Assembly (NCBI GenBank): GCA_000708835.1
Contig: DF237032.1
Span: forward strand, 124,001 to 188,000
Length of the DNA: 64,000 nt
DNA from: Klebsormidium nitens
Lineage: Eukaryota; Plantae; Klebsormidiophyceae
Direction of reading: 5' to 3'
The stretch's first letter is position 1, and every line of letters starts with the position of its first letter. Below, in pieces: positions 1 to 12,500 of the stretch. Made by a program: the position numbers and the translations under genes. The notes below the pieces were generated by a model, which saw nothing but the letters and a program-made list of their open reading frames with translations, was not told the origin of the DNA and searched no databases.

Positions 1-26
1 AATAAATCGTTCTTTCTCCACTTACG

Positions 27-227
27 CTGCACAGTATAGCTGGTCTTGAGCACAGGTTTTGAGAATGCCATGGTGAGACTCTGCGCCCACATCTACCAGC
101 ATGGAAGTGACCGCCATAGTCCATCTAAATGTCAAAGACAGCAGGAAAAGGAAAAGATAGGATGAAAACAAGCTCTTCTCACCAGGACCACAACAGCATC
201 TGTGTGCCCTTCGTGGGCCTTATCAAC
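27..227 (-). other. Partial spliced transcript (two short putative exons, ~227-183 and 125-27), product unidentified; continues off the left edge
   Basis: Minus strand shows GT donors (CTG|gtgag at ~182; AGC|gtaagt at 26) and a pyrimidine-rich acceptor (gacatttag at 126). A phase-0 reading gives VDKAHEGHTDAVVVL-MDYGGHF..., which I do not recognise. Confidence 0.25.
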
Positions 228-1630
228 CTGGTAGCCCCCACCCGCCCTTCGATCAACCGCTTCCAGCAAAATGGTGGCGAATATGTTGATGCAGCAGTCG
301 CGAGGAAAAGAAGAAGGAGACGCAGAACCTTGTGGACAAAGAATGAAGGCTTCCTTGCAAGTTGAACTTGCAGCGCCTTCCGTCCCGCGCCAAAGCTGGT
401 GAGAAGAAAGAGGATTTTTGAAGGCTTGCGAAGTGGGCACTTGGTGCACACTGGTTCAGTCATGATGATGTAGCTCTGGTAACTTAGTAATGTGAAAATC
501 AAGCAAAAAATCTCAAGCAGTGTCATATAAGCGGTCTAGATACCCTGTATATAATTCAGACGCAAAGTTTGTCACCGTGTTACGGTAGAGGCCCTGCGCC
601 TACCTACCGTTGACTCTTTATGGGCAGGGTTTAACCGCAACGAGCAGGTACGAGGTCGTCAACAAGGCCCCTTTTGGCTGTCAAGTTGCCAGTTTTGAGC
701 TGCTATATCCAGGCTTTGTTTTCTGGAAGTTCTTGTGGATATTCAAGGATGCCAAATTAGGGTTCTGAGCTTCAAGTTCTCTTTCTTCCTCTCCAACTAT
801 CTAGCTTGAAGTTCCACTGAACTCGATCTGCGCTGAGGCTGAGCAATGGGGCGAAGGCTGCAATGGTGCTGCACCATTGACAGATTCCTCGCAGCTTATC
901 AACAACGATGTGGCTTGTGCCTCTTTCAGATCTTAGTTACCTAGCGCTTCTACCGTGGAGGATCTCAGCGTGCAACACAACACAAATGCTGCACCTTTCA
1001 TATCAATGGGCTCAGCTTATCCACACAACTTCCCGCTTTGCTGAGAACTGCAGTTCAGCCACCACCACCTGGAATCTAACATCGCTGGTTCCAGGGCAAA
1101 GTGGCACCTTTTGGCAGCTGCCCTTCATGACTCCTGGACACATGCCGTCCAGGGGAATCCCAAGCTTGACAAGTTTCTGCTCAGGCAATATACTGCATGA
1201 AAACTAGGTGGAATCAAAGAGTGCCGCTCTGGTCCTCGAACCAGTGGTGGCAATTGACCTTTTAACTCTATGAATATGCTGCTGAATCGGTGGGCTAGGG
1301 CTGATTTGAATGTCGTCTGAGCGGTCTCAGCTTCCTTCTTGAGCACCATAATTCAGACAAATAGTACGCTCACGCTGTACCCCCAAGGGTGTCTTCATGC
1401 TAAATATCTGCAACGCCGTCAAAGGAAAGAGCTTTTTGGGCTTTGCCGGCTCTTTGGATAGCCATTTTCAGTGTGAGGGTGACAAGACATCTACTCTATC
1501 AGGGCCAAAGACAGCCCTGCCCCTGAGGATGATCACTCCTGTTATCGCCTTGACAACGTGAGCCTCCAACTGTTTATAGCATCAAGTATAATCTCAGCAA
1601 GGTATCGCCTGTCCCCCTTTCGCCCATCCT

Positions 1631-3303
1631 ATGGCAGCACTTTCTCCAACAGACTTTGCACGAGGGGCCCGGTACTTTGTTGATGTTTGGAACACCTTCC
1701 GAGATGAGCAGGCAGAGTGGGTGGAGTTCCCCCTGGATGTGGCGGCTGTGCATCAGGTAAGTGACCACAAGACTCAAGCTGGTGTAATGCCAAGTAGAGA
1801 GTAGAGTGTGATTGAGCATTGCTTCAGCATAACTTGACCTATTTGCTTCAGGAGAACATCGCTTGCAAAAAGAGAGCCTCTCCACACATCGTGCCTTCTC
1901 TGCAATAACATTTTTGAAGTGGGACAGCACTATGAGGGCTATGGTTTATTCAAGGCCAGAATTTTACATATGTTCTGTCGATCGTCTGAGCGCCACCATC
2001 ATCTACAACAACCATGCTAAGTTTCATGTTTTGCTTCCTCTTCGCACAGGTCAGTGGTTACGTCGCCCTGTCGAACATTCCAGCAATGAGCGCAACACCG
2101 TCAGAGATCGCCGCTGAATCATCCATGCTTACTGGTCTTGAAGAGCCCTTAGATGAGCTTGATGAAGACACAGCCACCCTGGTGTTTCCCAGCACCGCAG
2201 CAGCGCACACGTACGACTTCCATATGGTGTACAGCCCAGCGTACCGAGTACCGTTTCTGCTTCTGAGGGGGCAAAGACTGGATGGTACGCTGCTGACAGA
2301 GGAAGAGATGGCTGCTGACCTTCCGGCTCAGACAGCGGAACTTGTGAACGATGGCAGAAAGTGGCTGTTTCTGACCCGCCAGGTAAGGTGCTTGACGAAC
2401 ATACTACATTCTCTGAAGTATTCACCCAATATGACTCTGCATTGACTGGGAATGTGTTATGAATTTCGCATGAAGCAGTACAGGCTGGGTACTCAGCTGC
2501 AGAAGATTCTATCGACTTTGGAAACGACTGCTGGTGCAAATGCCGAACATAGGAAACGTTTTCAAGAGAAACGTCAGAGAGTGTCAGAAAGATCGTGGGG
2601 TGTCAAAAAGTGGCGGCAGTGGCATCAGTGGTCAATTGGCTTCTTGATGTCTCTTGCGCCTAATTTTGGGGTCGTGCCGTTTGATGAACCGAGAATGAGG
2701 CCTATTCTACAAACCTGGTGAATCAACACATAAGATTGCGCCCCAAAACCCGAGAGGATAAGGACGATCGTTTTCTTCCGTTCTGCTGCTTCCCATGTTG
2801 GCCGCTATGCTGTCTGTCCGCAAATCTATCTTACCTGTATGATATATGAGACACCACAATCTGCTGTGCGACCAAAGTCTTCTCAAGCGTGCGCGTTAAT
2901 TGAATCGTTTGCTAGACCGACGCCCCTAAGCTTTCCCGGCTTAACAACGGGCGCCTGCCAAACGATCTTCGGGAAGGGGAAGCAAACCCAATGTTTCGAG
3001 GAGCTAGTTGTACGGGGCGTTGTTTTGATGGGCGTGAAGAGCTCAAACGATTGCCATTTGTTGCCTTCTGAGCAGGATCACCCCTATCTAAACCAGCCCT
3101 GGTCGGCTCTTCATCCTTGCGAAACCGCTCAGATGATGAAACTTTTGATGGGCCAAGAGTCCATACAGACAAGCGGAGAGAACGAAGAGAAGACGAAGTC
3201 TGGTGAGATAAGAGCAGCAAAGTACTTCTTAGCATGGTTCAGCGTTGCCGGTCCAGTCGTAGGGCTCACCTTGCCTCTCGACGCCTATCGTTTCCAACTG
3301 TGA
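1631..3303 (+). CDS. ATG10: Autophagy E2-like conjugating enzyme ATG10; exons 1631-1756, 2050-2382, 3076-3303
   Basis: MAALSPTDFARGARYF start; YDFHMVYSPAYRVPFL and DHPYLNQPWSALHPC (catalytic HPC Cys) motifs; C-terminal YFLAWFSVAGPVVGL. All introns GT-AG, phase 0. Confidence 0.95.
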
Positions 3304-4150
3304 TCGATTGGAGCAAGAACGTGCAGAGATGCTATTACCGACGAGTATCTCTTAGACCAAAAAAGAGTTTGGATTCCAAGTACGTTGCTTCGGATCTCAA
3401 TATTTTGAACTGTACGTACGGTAGTGCGCAGTTGGACATGCATCTTTGGGTGCAACGCGGGCGGCCGGGGGCCATCCAGTGAGATTGCTATCATTGTCCT
3501 CAGGGCCGGCCGCGCGGCCAGCTCTATTTCCATGAGTGCAGGTTATAGACAGCTAATCAAAGTGCATGTGCTCGGGGCTTTTGAGTCTCATGTGCGTACA
3601 TATGGTCTCATGCAGTGTATATTATACCCGCATCCGATCATTCTACACTTGCTCCCGCGCGCCCCAAGACCATGCATGCATGCAATTTTCGAGTTGTGGC
3701 ACATGGTGACCGTCAGCTAGCATGCATGCATGTCATGCATGCCAGGCGGCTGACAAGAACCAAAACTTTGAGCCCGAGTATAGCTATATACCTAGGCTGA
3801 TCCGATGCTAACTTCTCAATTATTTAGTAACGCCCTTAGCTACATAAAAACCATGCAGCACGGTATTCGGCAGACCACGATCGATCGATCATCGAAAGCT
3901 AGCTGCATCTCATCCGTACTTCATGACCTCTCAAGGAAAGGCTACTAGCTATATTGCACGCATTTCACATGCATCATCGTTACCTGATGCCACAAGCATA
4001 GATGTTGCCAATCGTAGAACGGATGGTCACCATCGCATCCGAACGGTCAACCGAGTTGGGACGCAGACTCTGCTAAAGCAGAGGTTCTCATTCACTTTCG
4101 ACTAACAAAAGTCCGTTCGTAGTCTTCTTGCAGAAACGTTAAGCAGACTA

Positions 4151-7100
4151 TCATTTGTTGTATAAGAAGACGACCCCAAAAATGACAAACGCGAACAACT
4201 GCAAAGAGGAGAGCAGTTCGTCAGATTCGGGCAGACTAGTGACGCCCTCGTATCACAGCTCTTGCAAAGATGCACATGTGCTCCTGCACATGTACTTCTT
4301 TCAACGGACATCCAACGGCAAATCTGTTGCGAGACTTCAAAATAGAGTCTCCGTCAACCTGCTTAACAGAACGCTGCAGCCTTACTTTTGATTTGCGCAG
4401 ATAAGGGGTGCTTACCAGTGAGAAGGCACTGGAATAGTAGGGGTAGGCGGCCCCAATAAACCTCTCATACTCGTTGTGTTTGAATGGTCGTACTGGAATC
4501 TGCATCAAGAAGCATCTCAGATTTTAGTTTGAAAATCAAAAACGAGAGCACAAGTTTCTTCTTCATGATATTGGACTTATGGTCGTCAGGAACGGCCGCA
4601 TCTACACACCGCCTCCGCCCTGCGCTCAAGAGAAGACCCAAACCCGAATGCCAGATTGTTAGTAAAGGTCGCCTTCTGGAAGCAGTGCAAACATGGATGC
4701 AACCTATATCCTCTCGACCGTTGCCTAATACAGAAATTTAAAAATTCGATAAGGACACAGGGGCACGTGCCTGCTTAGCGAGGTTGAGGTCGGTGTAGCC
4801 CAACCGGTGGTAGTCGACCTTGAACTGGAAGACGCCATATACGTCTGGAATCTGGAAGGTCGTCGAGAAGTGGCCCTGGACGCACATTGAAACGGGCGGG
4901 GTCATCACACAACGCTAATAAACACCAATCGGATGCGCAGAGTTTTAACGAGCAGAGAAAGCCTGCAATCGATGCGGTAGTAAGGACCCTCAGAATTGTT
5001 GCGGGACCAGAGCCCGGAAACTTTTCTTGATCAACTTGACCGCGATTCTAGGAGCGAACGAGAGCGTGGGGAATGGTACGGATTTCCCGCTTTTTGCTCC
5101 CAAACTTAGCATTGACGCCCAAAAAGGAAGGAAAAAGGAGCAAGCACAACTCGCAGAGCCATCCTTCGCCCGCAGCTTCTCGCCTGCATTTCAAACGGTG
5201 TGCCACGCAATCATAAGAAGTTAACGAGTTCAAGAACACGGACCTTCCCCTTTCGCAACTTTCGATCTTATGCGCGCGCGCTCTCACCTTCTTGTTCGAG
5301 GTTAGCGCCTTCCTGACGTAGGGGCTCATGAGGAAGAACTGCAGCTGGACGTCGTCCGCGTGATACGGGACCCACTTGGCGCCGTCCCACTCCTGGATGT
5401 CCAGCGAGTACTCCACTTCGTCCCTGATGCGGTACACGGCGCCCTCGGCGACCTCGTCGACCTTGTGGTGCCGCACGTTGGTTGCCTGCCATGACAAATC
5501 AACACTTGGGTTCATGTGCTTTGAGAGTTTGTTACCCTCGGCAGATCAAGTTGGAATATGGTGCCTGAACCTTGGTGAAAAGGAGAACGTCAAATAGAAA
5601 CTGAGTGGAGCATCGGACAGTAAGAGCCAGAATAAAGAATCGAATTGCAGCGGTTATTCATTTTCCAAGTCCGAAGATGGCACACTCATTCTCTTTGAAG
5701 GGTATAGTATAAGACTTGATAGGAGGGTTCGCAGTGCCACTTGGAGGGTCAACGTGTACCTATTGCGCCAAAGGCTGGCCTCCAAGTAGAACCACTGTTA
5801 TCAAGCTGTTTAGGCGTCCAGTAGAAGCGACGATTATCTGTTACGGATCTTGTTTATCCACATCCCCTTGACGTACTGCTGACACAGCAAGGTCTAGGGG
5901 TCTCGCATGTGCATCAGTGCATGTGGCATGATTTTTATTGTAAGGACCGCTCCCTCGTAGGCCTTTGAATTTTGAAACATGCGAGGAAGAATTGAAGCGT
6001 ACCCTGAGGTGGCCCCGCTCGTGCAGCGTCCACTTCGTCGCCTCAACCGCAAACTGCTCGTTGCCCGACTTCTCGAAACTGACAAAGAGCAACGACACAA
6101 ATGTTTTTAATGCAAAGAGGCCTGGACCTTCGACCACTGCCTTTGAGATCGTTTTCTTGCTCAAGGAAGGAGCATCAACATGAAAGGTTAGTTGGAAGCA
6201 AGAGGGGAGGTCGGCATATTTACTTCAAACCACGTAAGCATTAATGAAGAAACTCGAGCATCCCTCAAATAAACGACTATAAAGAAAGAAAGAAGTCGGG
6301 CACAAGAGATGACTCTGTGTGGATGCTAGACCGTATGCTTACTTGGTGGGTGCCGCGCCCGGGGTCTTCTTCTCAACGGACGCCAGGAAGAACCTGCATA
6401 AAATGCACAGGGAAAGGTGCTCAGACGCAGTCGAAGCAATTATGTGGACCACAAGCATAAAGGAACCTACTTCATCATATTCTTATTGTTCCAGGTATGG
6501 AGACTTACAAAGGAATCACAGTTTTACCGAGGAGACACACCAGCGCTCGATCGCCTGAATAGCGCACAGTCGGATGGAAGCACGGGTTCAACGACCAGGC
6601 GTGCTGAGGAAGCATACGAAGGTAGTCAGACTTCGAACGTGCTTCTCCTTGAAACGAGAACCAATCAAAAACTCACTTGTCACTGAAAAGGTCCAGAGAT
6701 CCAGAGACGAGGACACGGGCGTGGTTCCGGGCCTGTAAGCAGGGACGTTGATCAGTTGTGAATGGACACGGAAGCATACAATGGCCCCAGGCAAAGGAAG
6801 AAGCAATATGAATCTGGTCTGCATCGCTGCCCCGGGGTTGCTCGCGGGAAACACACATCCTGGCCATGACTTTGGACGAAACAAAAATGCAAACCTGACC
6901 CTACCCAGGTATGCCACAACGGTGTTTTGGAGCTGCAAATCAACACGGGACTGGCTCCTAGGGAGCCGAAAGTATGACGAAGTCTGATCTGGCATTCGAC
7001 ATTCCTGCTTCACCTCATGCACGGACTCATCATTGGCTGTGAACCAGCAAGTATGAGCACCACAGATTGCTAAGAAAGAACATGGTGGATGACTTACTTG

Positions 7101-9164
7101 CAAAGCTGCCACAAGGACGAGGTTCCTGCCATGGGCTGTGGGGACCTTGGCTACCTTGGCGGAGGGGGAGCTCGAGAAAGTGGTGGGGGGAGCCGTGAGC
7201 ACCTTGACCACCTGGAGCGACAACAAGCAATTAACTTTGAGACGTCCGTTATCTTTCTGTGAAGCATTCCAATATTTGTGGTTTCTTTGACATTTTGGAT
7301 CTTACTTTGATTAGTCAGCTGCAGATGTTGCAGGAAAGAAGGAACGGTTGGGGAGAGCTGAATCAAGGGAAGAGAGACAAGCTGGGAGACAAGCAAGAAG
7401 CGGTCGTTATCATTGCGTAGGCTCAGTGACTCATCAGCTGGGGATTCTGCAGGGGGAGACTTGTCGAGAAGGCAGAGACTTAGGTATCAGGAGGCACTCA
7501 TCATAGGGCTTCACAACCACTGAAATAGCTATACAAGATAGTTCCCTTGACACTGGCATGGTTTTGAGAAAGTGTCCAACTTACAAGCTCGTTGGACGGG
7601 TTTACACTCATGCCCAGCCCCCGGAAAAGGACAGGCGCCTGCAAGACAACGGGAAAACAATGTGAGATCCTTGATCAGCCTGAAACGGGGTTCGCCAAAA
7701 CAAGACATCAGTGGTCAATTCAGCTTTCAAACAGAGCATTCAGAAGGTGCGCCACATTCAGGCATCCCTCACCTCAATCGTTTTCGGCCCCAGAATGGCC
7801 TTCGATTGGATGAGGTCACTGGCTGCAACGATGGTGTGGTCTGCATCGAGGCTGGAGTGATTGACGTGATCCACCACCACGGCGTTCTCCTCCTGCACAT
7901 TCAAAAGAAACATTCCAGTCTAGTTGCAAACACAAGCAAAGGGTAAGTAACGGGCCAATGAACTAGAATTGCAATGGGTACTGACTTTCATCAACAGCAG
8001 CTTTGGCGGCATCTAACAAAGGCAGCCTTCTTTTGGTTGATTGCAGTGTCTGCTCTTGAGATCAACTGCAAGAAATTCACCACAATCTGCACTCGTTAAA
8101 GAGTCCCATTTATGAGACTGATAGGAAGGAGGATTTGACGCCGGCTGCAAAGTCTGCGCTCACCTCTTCAAGGTCTACTCCACACTCGGTGGCAATGTCT
8201 CTGACAACGTCAGAGGCACCGCCCTCTGCTGCCAGCACGACATCGTGACCGCTGTCGATGAAATCCAGGATCACCGCCACGTCCAATGATCCCCCCAGGA
8301 CTGCATTTGACATCCGCACATTTCCTTATCAACCCATTGCACACCGACCCATGACATCCTGGGTTGTGAACCCGGATCAACTTGCGGCGCCGTATGAGAA
8401 AGGAAGAATTCTGAACGTATGTTACGTGCAACCTGGTGGATCTTTGCAGATGTCTAGTGTGTTGGTCTCTCCTGAGCTCGTACAGGTTGCACGGCAGTCT
8501 CACCATCGAAAGTAGGCGCGAAGAAGATGAGGGCGTCATACAGGTACGCGCCGTACTTCTGGAGGGCCAGGCTGGCGTCATCGGCCAGCTTGAAGTGCAA
8601 GTCATACCCGCGATCTGTGAAAGGCATATGCAGCAATTTAAGACATGAGTGGTGTGCAAGCTCCAAAGAGATCTGAGAGTTGAGGGACTCGCAAGGAAGT
8701 GCTCAAAGCATTGTAAGCAATGAGCTGACGGACGAGGTCTTACAATGTGATCCATGGGTGCATTCAATTATTTAGAGCCAAATATTAGACTATGCAATTC
8801 TCCGCCCTTGATAATCCACAATCACACGCATTTGAACATAATGAGCAACCAAGGAAAGCGCTGAAAACCTCTGCAGAATAACCCTTCGATAACTTCACAA
8901 GATTGTTCGAGCAATGAGAGCTATAATTGGCGCCTGATTGTATTGGCAACCTTCCTAATTGGGAACGATGAACCAATGGATCAGTTAATACTCACCTGTC
9001 AAGCTCTTAAAATACATTGAGTGCGTTGCTTTGATCCCAAAGTCATCGAGAAGGACAAGTATCCGCTGATCAGTCGGCGTTTCCTCAGAGAAGGCTCCAA
9101 CTTGATGCACAGCAGCAACTGCCAGGAGAACCACCAGCAGGAGGGGTTTCCCAAGAGCCGCCAT
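4151..9164 (-). CDS. OST48: Oligosaccharyltransferase 48 kDa subunit (OST48/DDOST/WBP1), about 14 exons
   Basis: Signal peptide [18 protein letters not shown]; [92 protein letters not shown]; C-terminal [16 protein letters not shown]. Confidence 0.96.
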
Positions 9165-9592
9165 GGCCTCAGCTCAACGTGTAGCGCCTTGGAGCTGCCC
9201 TGCTCCAACTTCTTGCGAACACTGTGGTTCAATTTTCCAAGGGAAGGCTTCACCATTTCTTATTTTTGCCAAGTGTTTCTTGACTGTTAGGTTAAGGTAA
9301 GTCAATCCATAACCATTAAGGTCGGAGACTAACCCATCTTATCAGGGCGTACTTGTAGGGTTAGCTGCGACGGTTCGATTGCGGGTTAGGTTTTGGCAAC
9401 TCAGACCAGCTTCGAGACCACGGTGAATTGCTAACAAGAGACTTGGATTTTCGACCACTTCGATCAGCAAGTGGTGAGCGCTCATGGCGGCAGGCGTTGG
9501 AGGCTGCTAATGCAGCAAGGGCTTTGAGTCAATAGGATGGTCAACACCTTCCAGTATCAAACCGTGCATTCTGGTTTCGATACAAGGTGAAG
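9165..9592. promoter_or_regulatory. Divergent (bidirectional) promoter region between OST48 and ATAD2-like start codons
   Basis: Head-to-head ATGs at 9164(-) and 9593(+), 428 bp apart. Inferred from geometry only. Confidence 0.6.
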
Positions 9593-12500
9593 ATGGCGGG
9601 AAGATGGCCCACCCGCGGTCAGTCCAATGGAATGCAACTTCGTGAGAGGGGCAATCAGGATGGCAAGTACGAGGAACCGTCTTCCGATGAAGACTTTGAA
9701 CGGAGACACACACCCAAGAAGACCAGGTCCTACAGGGCTCCTCAGCTGCGCAAGCACTTGGCAACCACTTTTTTGTTTCAGTCAAAGGAGGCAAGTCGCT
9801 CTTGTAACTTAAGAAGTTACTGTCCTTTACAAGTTTGAGCTTTCTGTCTGATGTATGCTGTGCTTGCCCCCCTCCCCTACTTCCGTTCTCGGAACACTCT
9901 GTTCAACGTGGGATCTTCTCAGCCCTACCCCACCAATGAACAACGTTGTGGAATCTATAGTTGGTGGCATCTGGGGGCATGATTGAGTTTCTTTGTTTCT
10001 TCAATGAACAGGGGACCCCTTTACCAGGTGATATTGAAAGGCATGGTGGTGTTTTAATGACTTGGCTCGAGATCTAGAGAATGAGGTTTTGAAGTTACTG
10101 GAGCTTCAAAAGGGGACGAAGGTACTTTCCAGCGCTCTTGTTTGTATTGCGAAGGAGGGGATTTTACAGGTTTGTTGCAGATGTGGACAATCACTAAGTT
10201 GTGACCTGTCTCAAGTGTCATGGGATGAAAAGCTTGTCTGTCAATAGTCCAATCTTCTCATCGACATTCATAATGGAAGATCTGATGACTTTTCCTCCTA
10301 ATGGCATATGATGAGTGGTCACTTTTTGTTCTTATATGCTAGAGATGTACTGCTACGTCATTCTTTTGACCAAAAGTTTGTCAAGTCGCTCTTGAGGTTC
10401 AAAGGCTGCATGTCTTCCACTTGATTGTACCTCTTCTTAGGTTCTCGCGTTTGCGCAGGCATTAAGCTTCGCAAATCATCAGGAATCGAGAAGGTCTGAC
10501 AAAGGTTTCCTGCGCCAGTCTGATCATATCCTAAGCCAAAACCGATGGTGTCTGCAGGAACATGCCCCCCAACGTCGGTCATCTCGGAAGAGAAAGCCAA
10601 GCATGCGTACGGATGAGATCTACATAAGCACTCGGAGAGTTCAGCAGGCAAGGATATTTCATTTTCTTGTGACCCTTTGCAGTTGTTGCAAACACAGGGA
10701 TCTATGGTGCTTGTGTAAAATTTGCGATGAACCCCTCAGCAATAATTGCACGCTGAGTAAGTTGAATATCTACAAGCATCTGGAATTGGCACGACCCGAA
10801 CTGAGTGCCAGAAAAGGAATCCAATATTGTTTGTTTGACCTGGTTGCTTTGAAGTTTTGAAGTGATTCTGATGCACTGGCAGGACACTGATGATGAAGAC
10901 GTCGTTGGATTGGGCGGAGATGTCGAAGGGGAGGCTGATGACGAGGATGACGACATGGAGGAACATGACGATGACTTGGAGAATGAAGATGAGATGGGAC
11001 GAGGAGAGGGGGAAACGGGCGCCATCAACGGTGGCGAGAACGGTGCAGCTGGGGGAAATGAGATTGGGGAAGAAGGCGCGGAAAAGGCGGAGGGAGGTGG
11101 GTGCACACAGTGTGGTTGAGAGCATTGCTTTGTGAAACACAAAACATCAACGCAGGTATCAGGCATGGGGCGTTTTTGTCGTTATAGAATGGGCAGCTTG
11201 TTATGGAAAGCCTGTTAGTGTTGACGCATGATTGATGCGTGCTGATGTACTACTGAGATCTTTTCAAGTTTACGTACCTCAAAGCTGCACTCTCAAAGCG
11301 TGTCGCTCAGACTGGGGCGCATTGTGTCCTCTCAGGGTCCCTGGCGGATGCTGTTATTTGGAGGCAGTTGGTGTTATGCAATCCTTTTGCGAAGCTTCGC
11401 AACCTTATTGGCAGGTGATGCACCAGAAAAGGCCCCAGACGAGAACGGTCACGTAAAGGAGGGCGAAGAGGGACCGCAGCCCCTGAGGGCAGGCCTCAGA
11501 CCCAGGCGGGGAGAGCTAGACACAGAGGAACAGCAAGAAGAGGCCGGGTTCTCTGGACGGGAAAGGTGAGGAGCGGCTAGTTACGCGCAACCTCCTACAC
11601 CTTTGATGCACACTCCTCAACAAAGAGCTCGTAAGAATAGTTTTGATCGTTACAAATGCAAAAAGACAGGTCCTGAAGATCTCTTTAGATGATTCATGAA
11701 CTTGGACAGGCAGCTGACGTCGTCTCTTTCAAAAGTTGGTCTCTGTATGTCGCTGATAGCTGTTGGTAGGAAGGAGCTAAGTTCTTCGGTATCTCCAGAC
11801 GTGTTTGTCGACCTTTTCAGTATCCTGTTTATTGAAGCTTTCTGACGAGAGGAATGTATTTGACTTTACAGCAACTTGCAACTTTCTCGAAACAGGTCAC
11901 CACAGATTTTATAAGCAGCCATAAGCAAGCACAAAAGAAAGGAATGAGAAATATTGAAAAGGAGAAATGAATCAACTTCCAATCTTAGATATCCATTACT
12001 TATGGCACGGGTTTCCATTTGCTCCCCATGGACTCGCGTCGTGACTCCGCCTTCACTTGCAGTGGAGAAGGCGAAGAAGGGGAAGAAGGCGAGGAGGGCG
12101 AGGAGGGGGAAGAAGGGGACGGCGCTGAAGAGGAAGACGGTAGCGATCGTCGGGAGCGGCGGTACGCCCTCCGGCAGCGTACCGAGGTGCAGCGCTTCTC
12201 GCCCCGGCGAAAAGAGCAGCCGGCGCGCCTGTCTCCACAGGTGAGGAATTGTTCGTATTCGAAGCGAGGAGTATTTTTCCGCCTCTCCCGTTTAGCAGGG
12301 GCGCACACGATTTGAGTTGTTAGTTTCGACCTTGGGTCTATTTGCGTTTCTTGGCCGTTTGCCAGAAGTCTGCATCTACCGAGAAGACGTGATCGTAAAG
12401 CATGCTTCATACGACTATCGTTCAACTAAAAAGCGTCCCCCCCCAGGTGGCCAACGGGCGAGGGAAGAAGCGGGGGCGCGAGGGTCGGCATCGGCCGACC

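Noticed and set aside
179-526. Minus-strand 115-aa ORF considered as a retrotransposon RT/integrase fragment
   Set aside because: No recognisable RT, RNase H or integrase motif; it crosses apparent splice signals.
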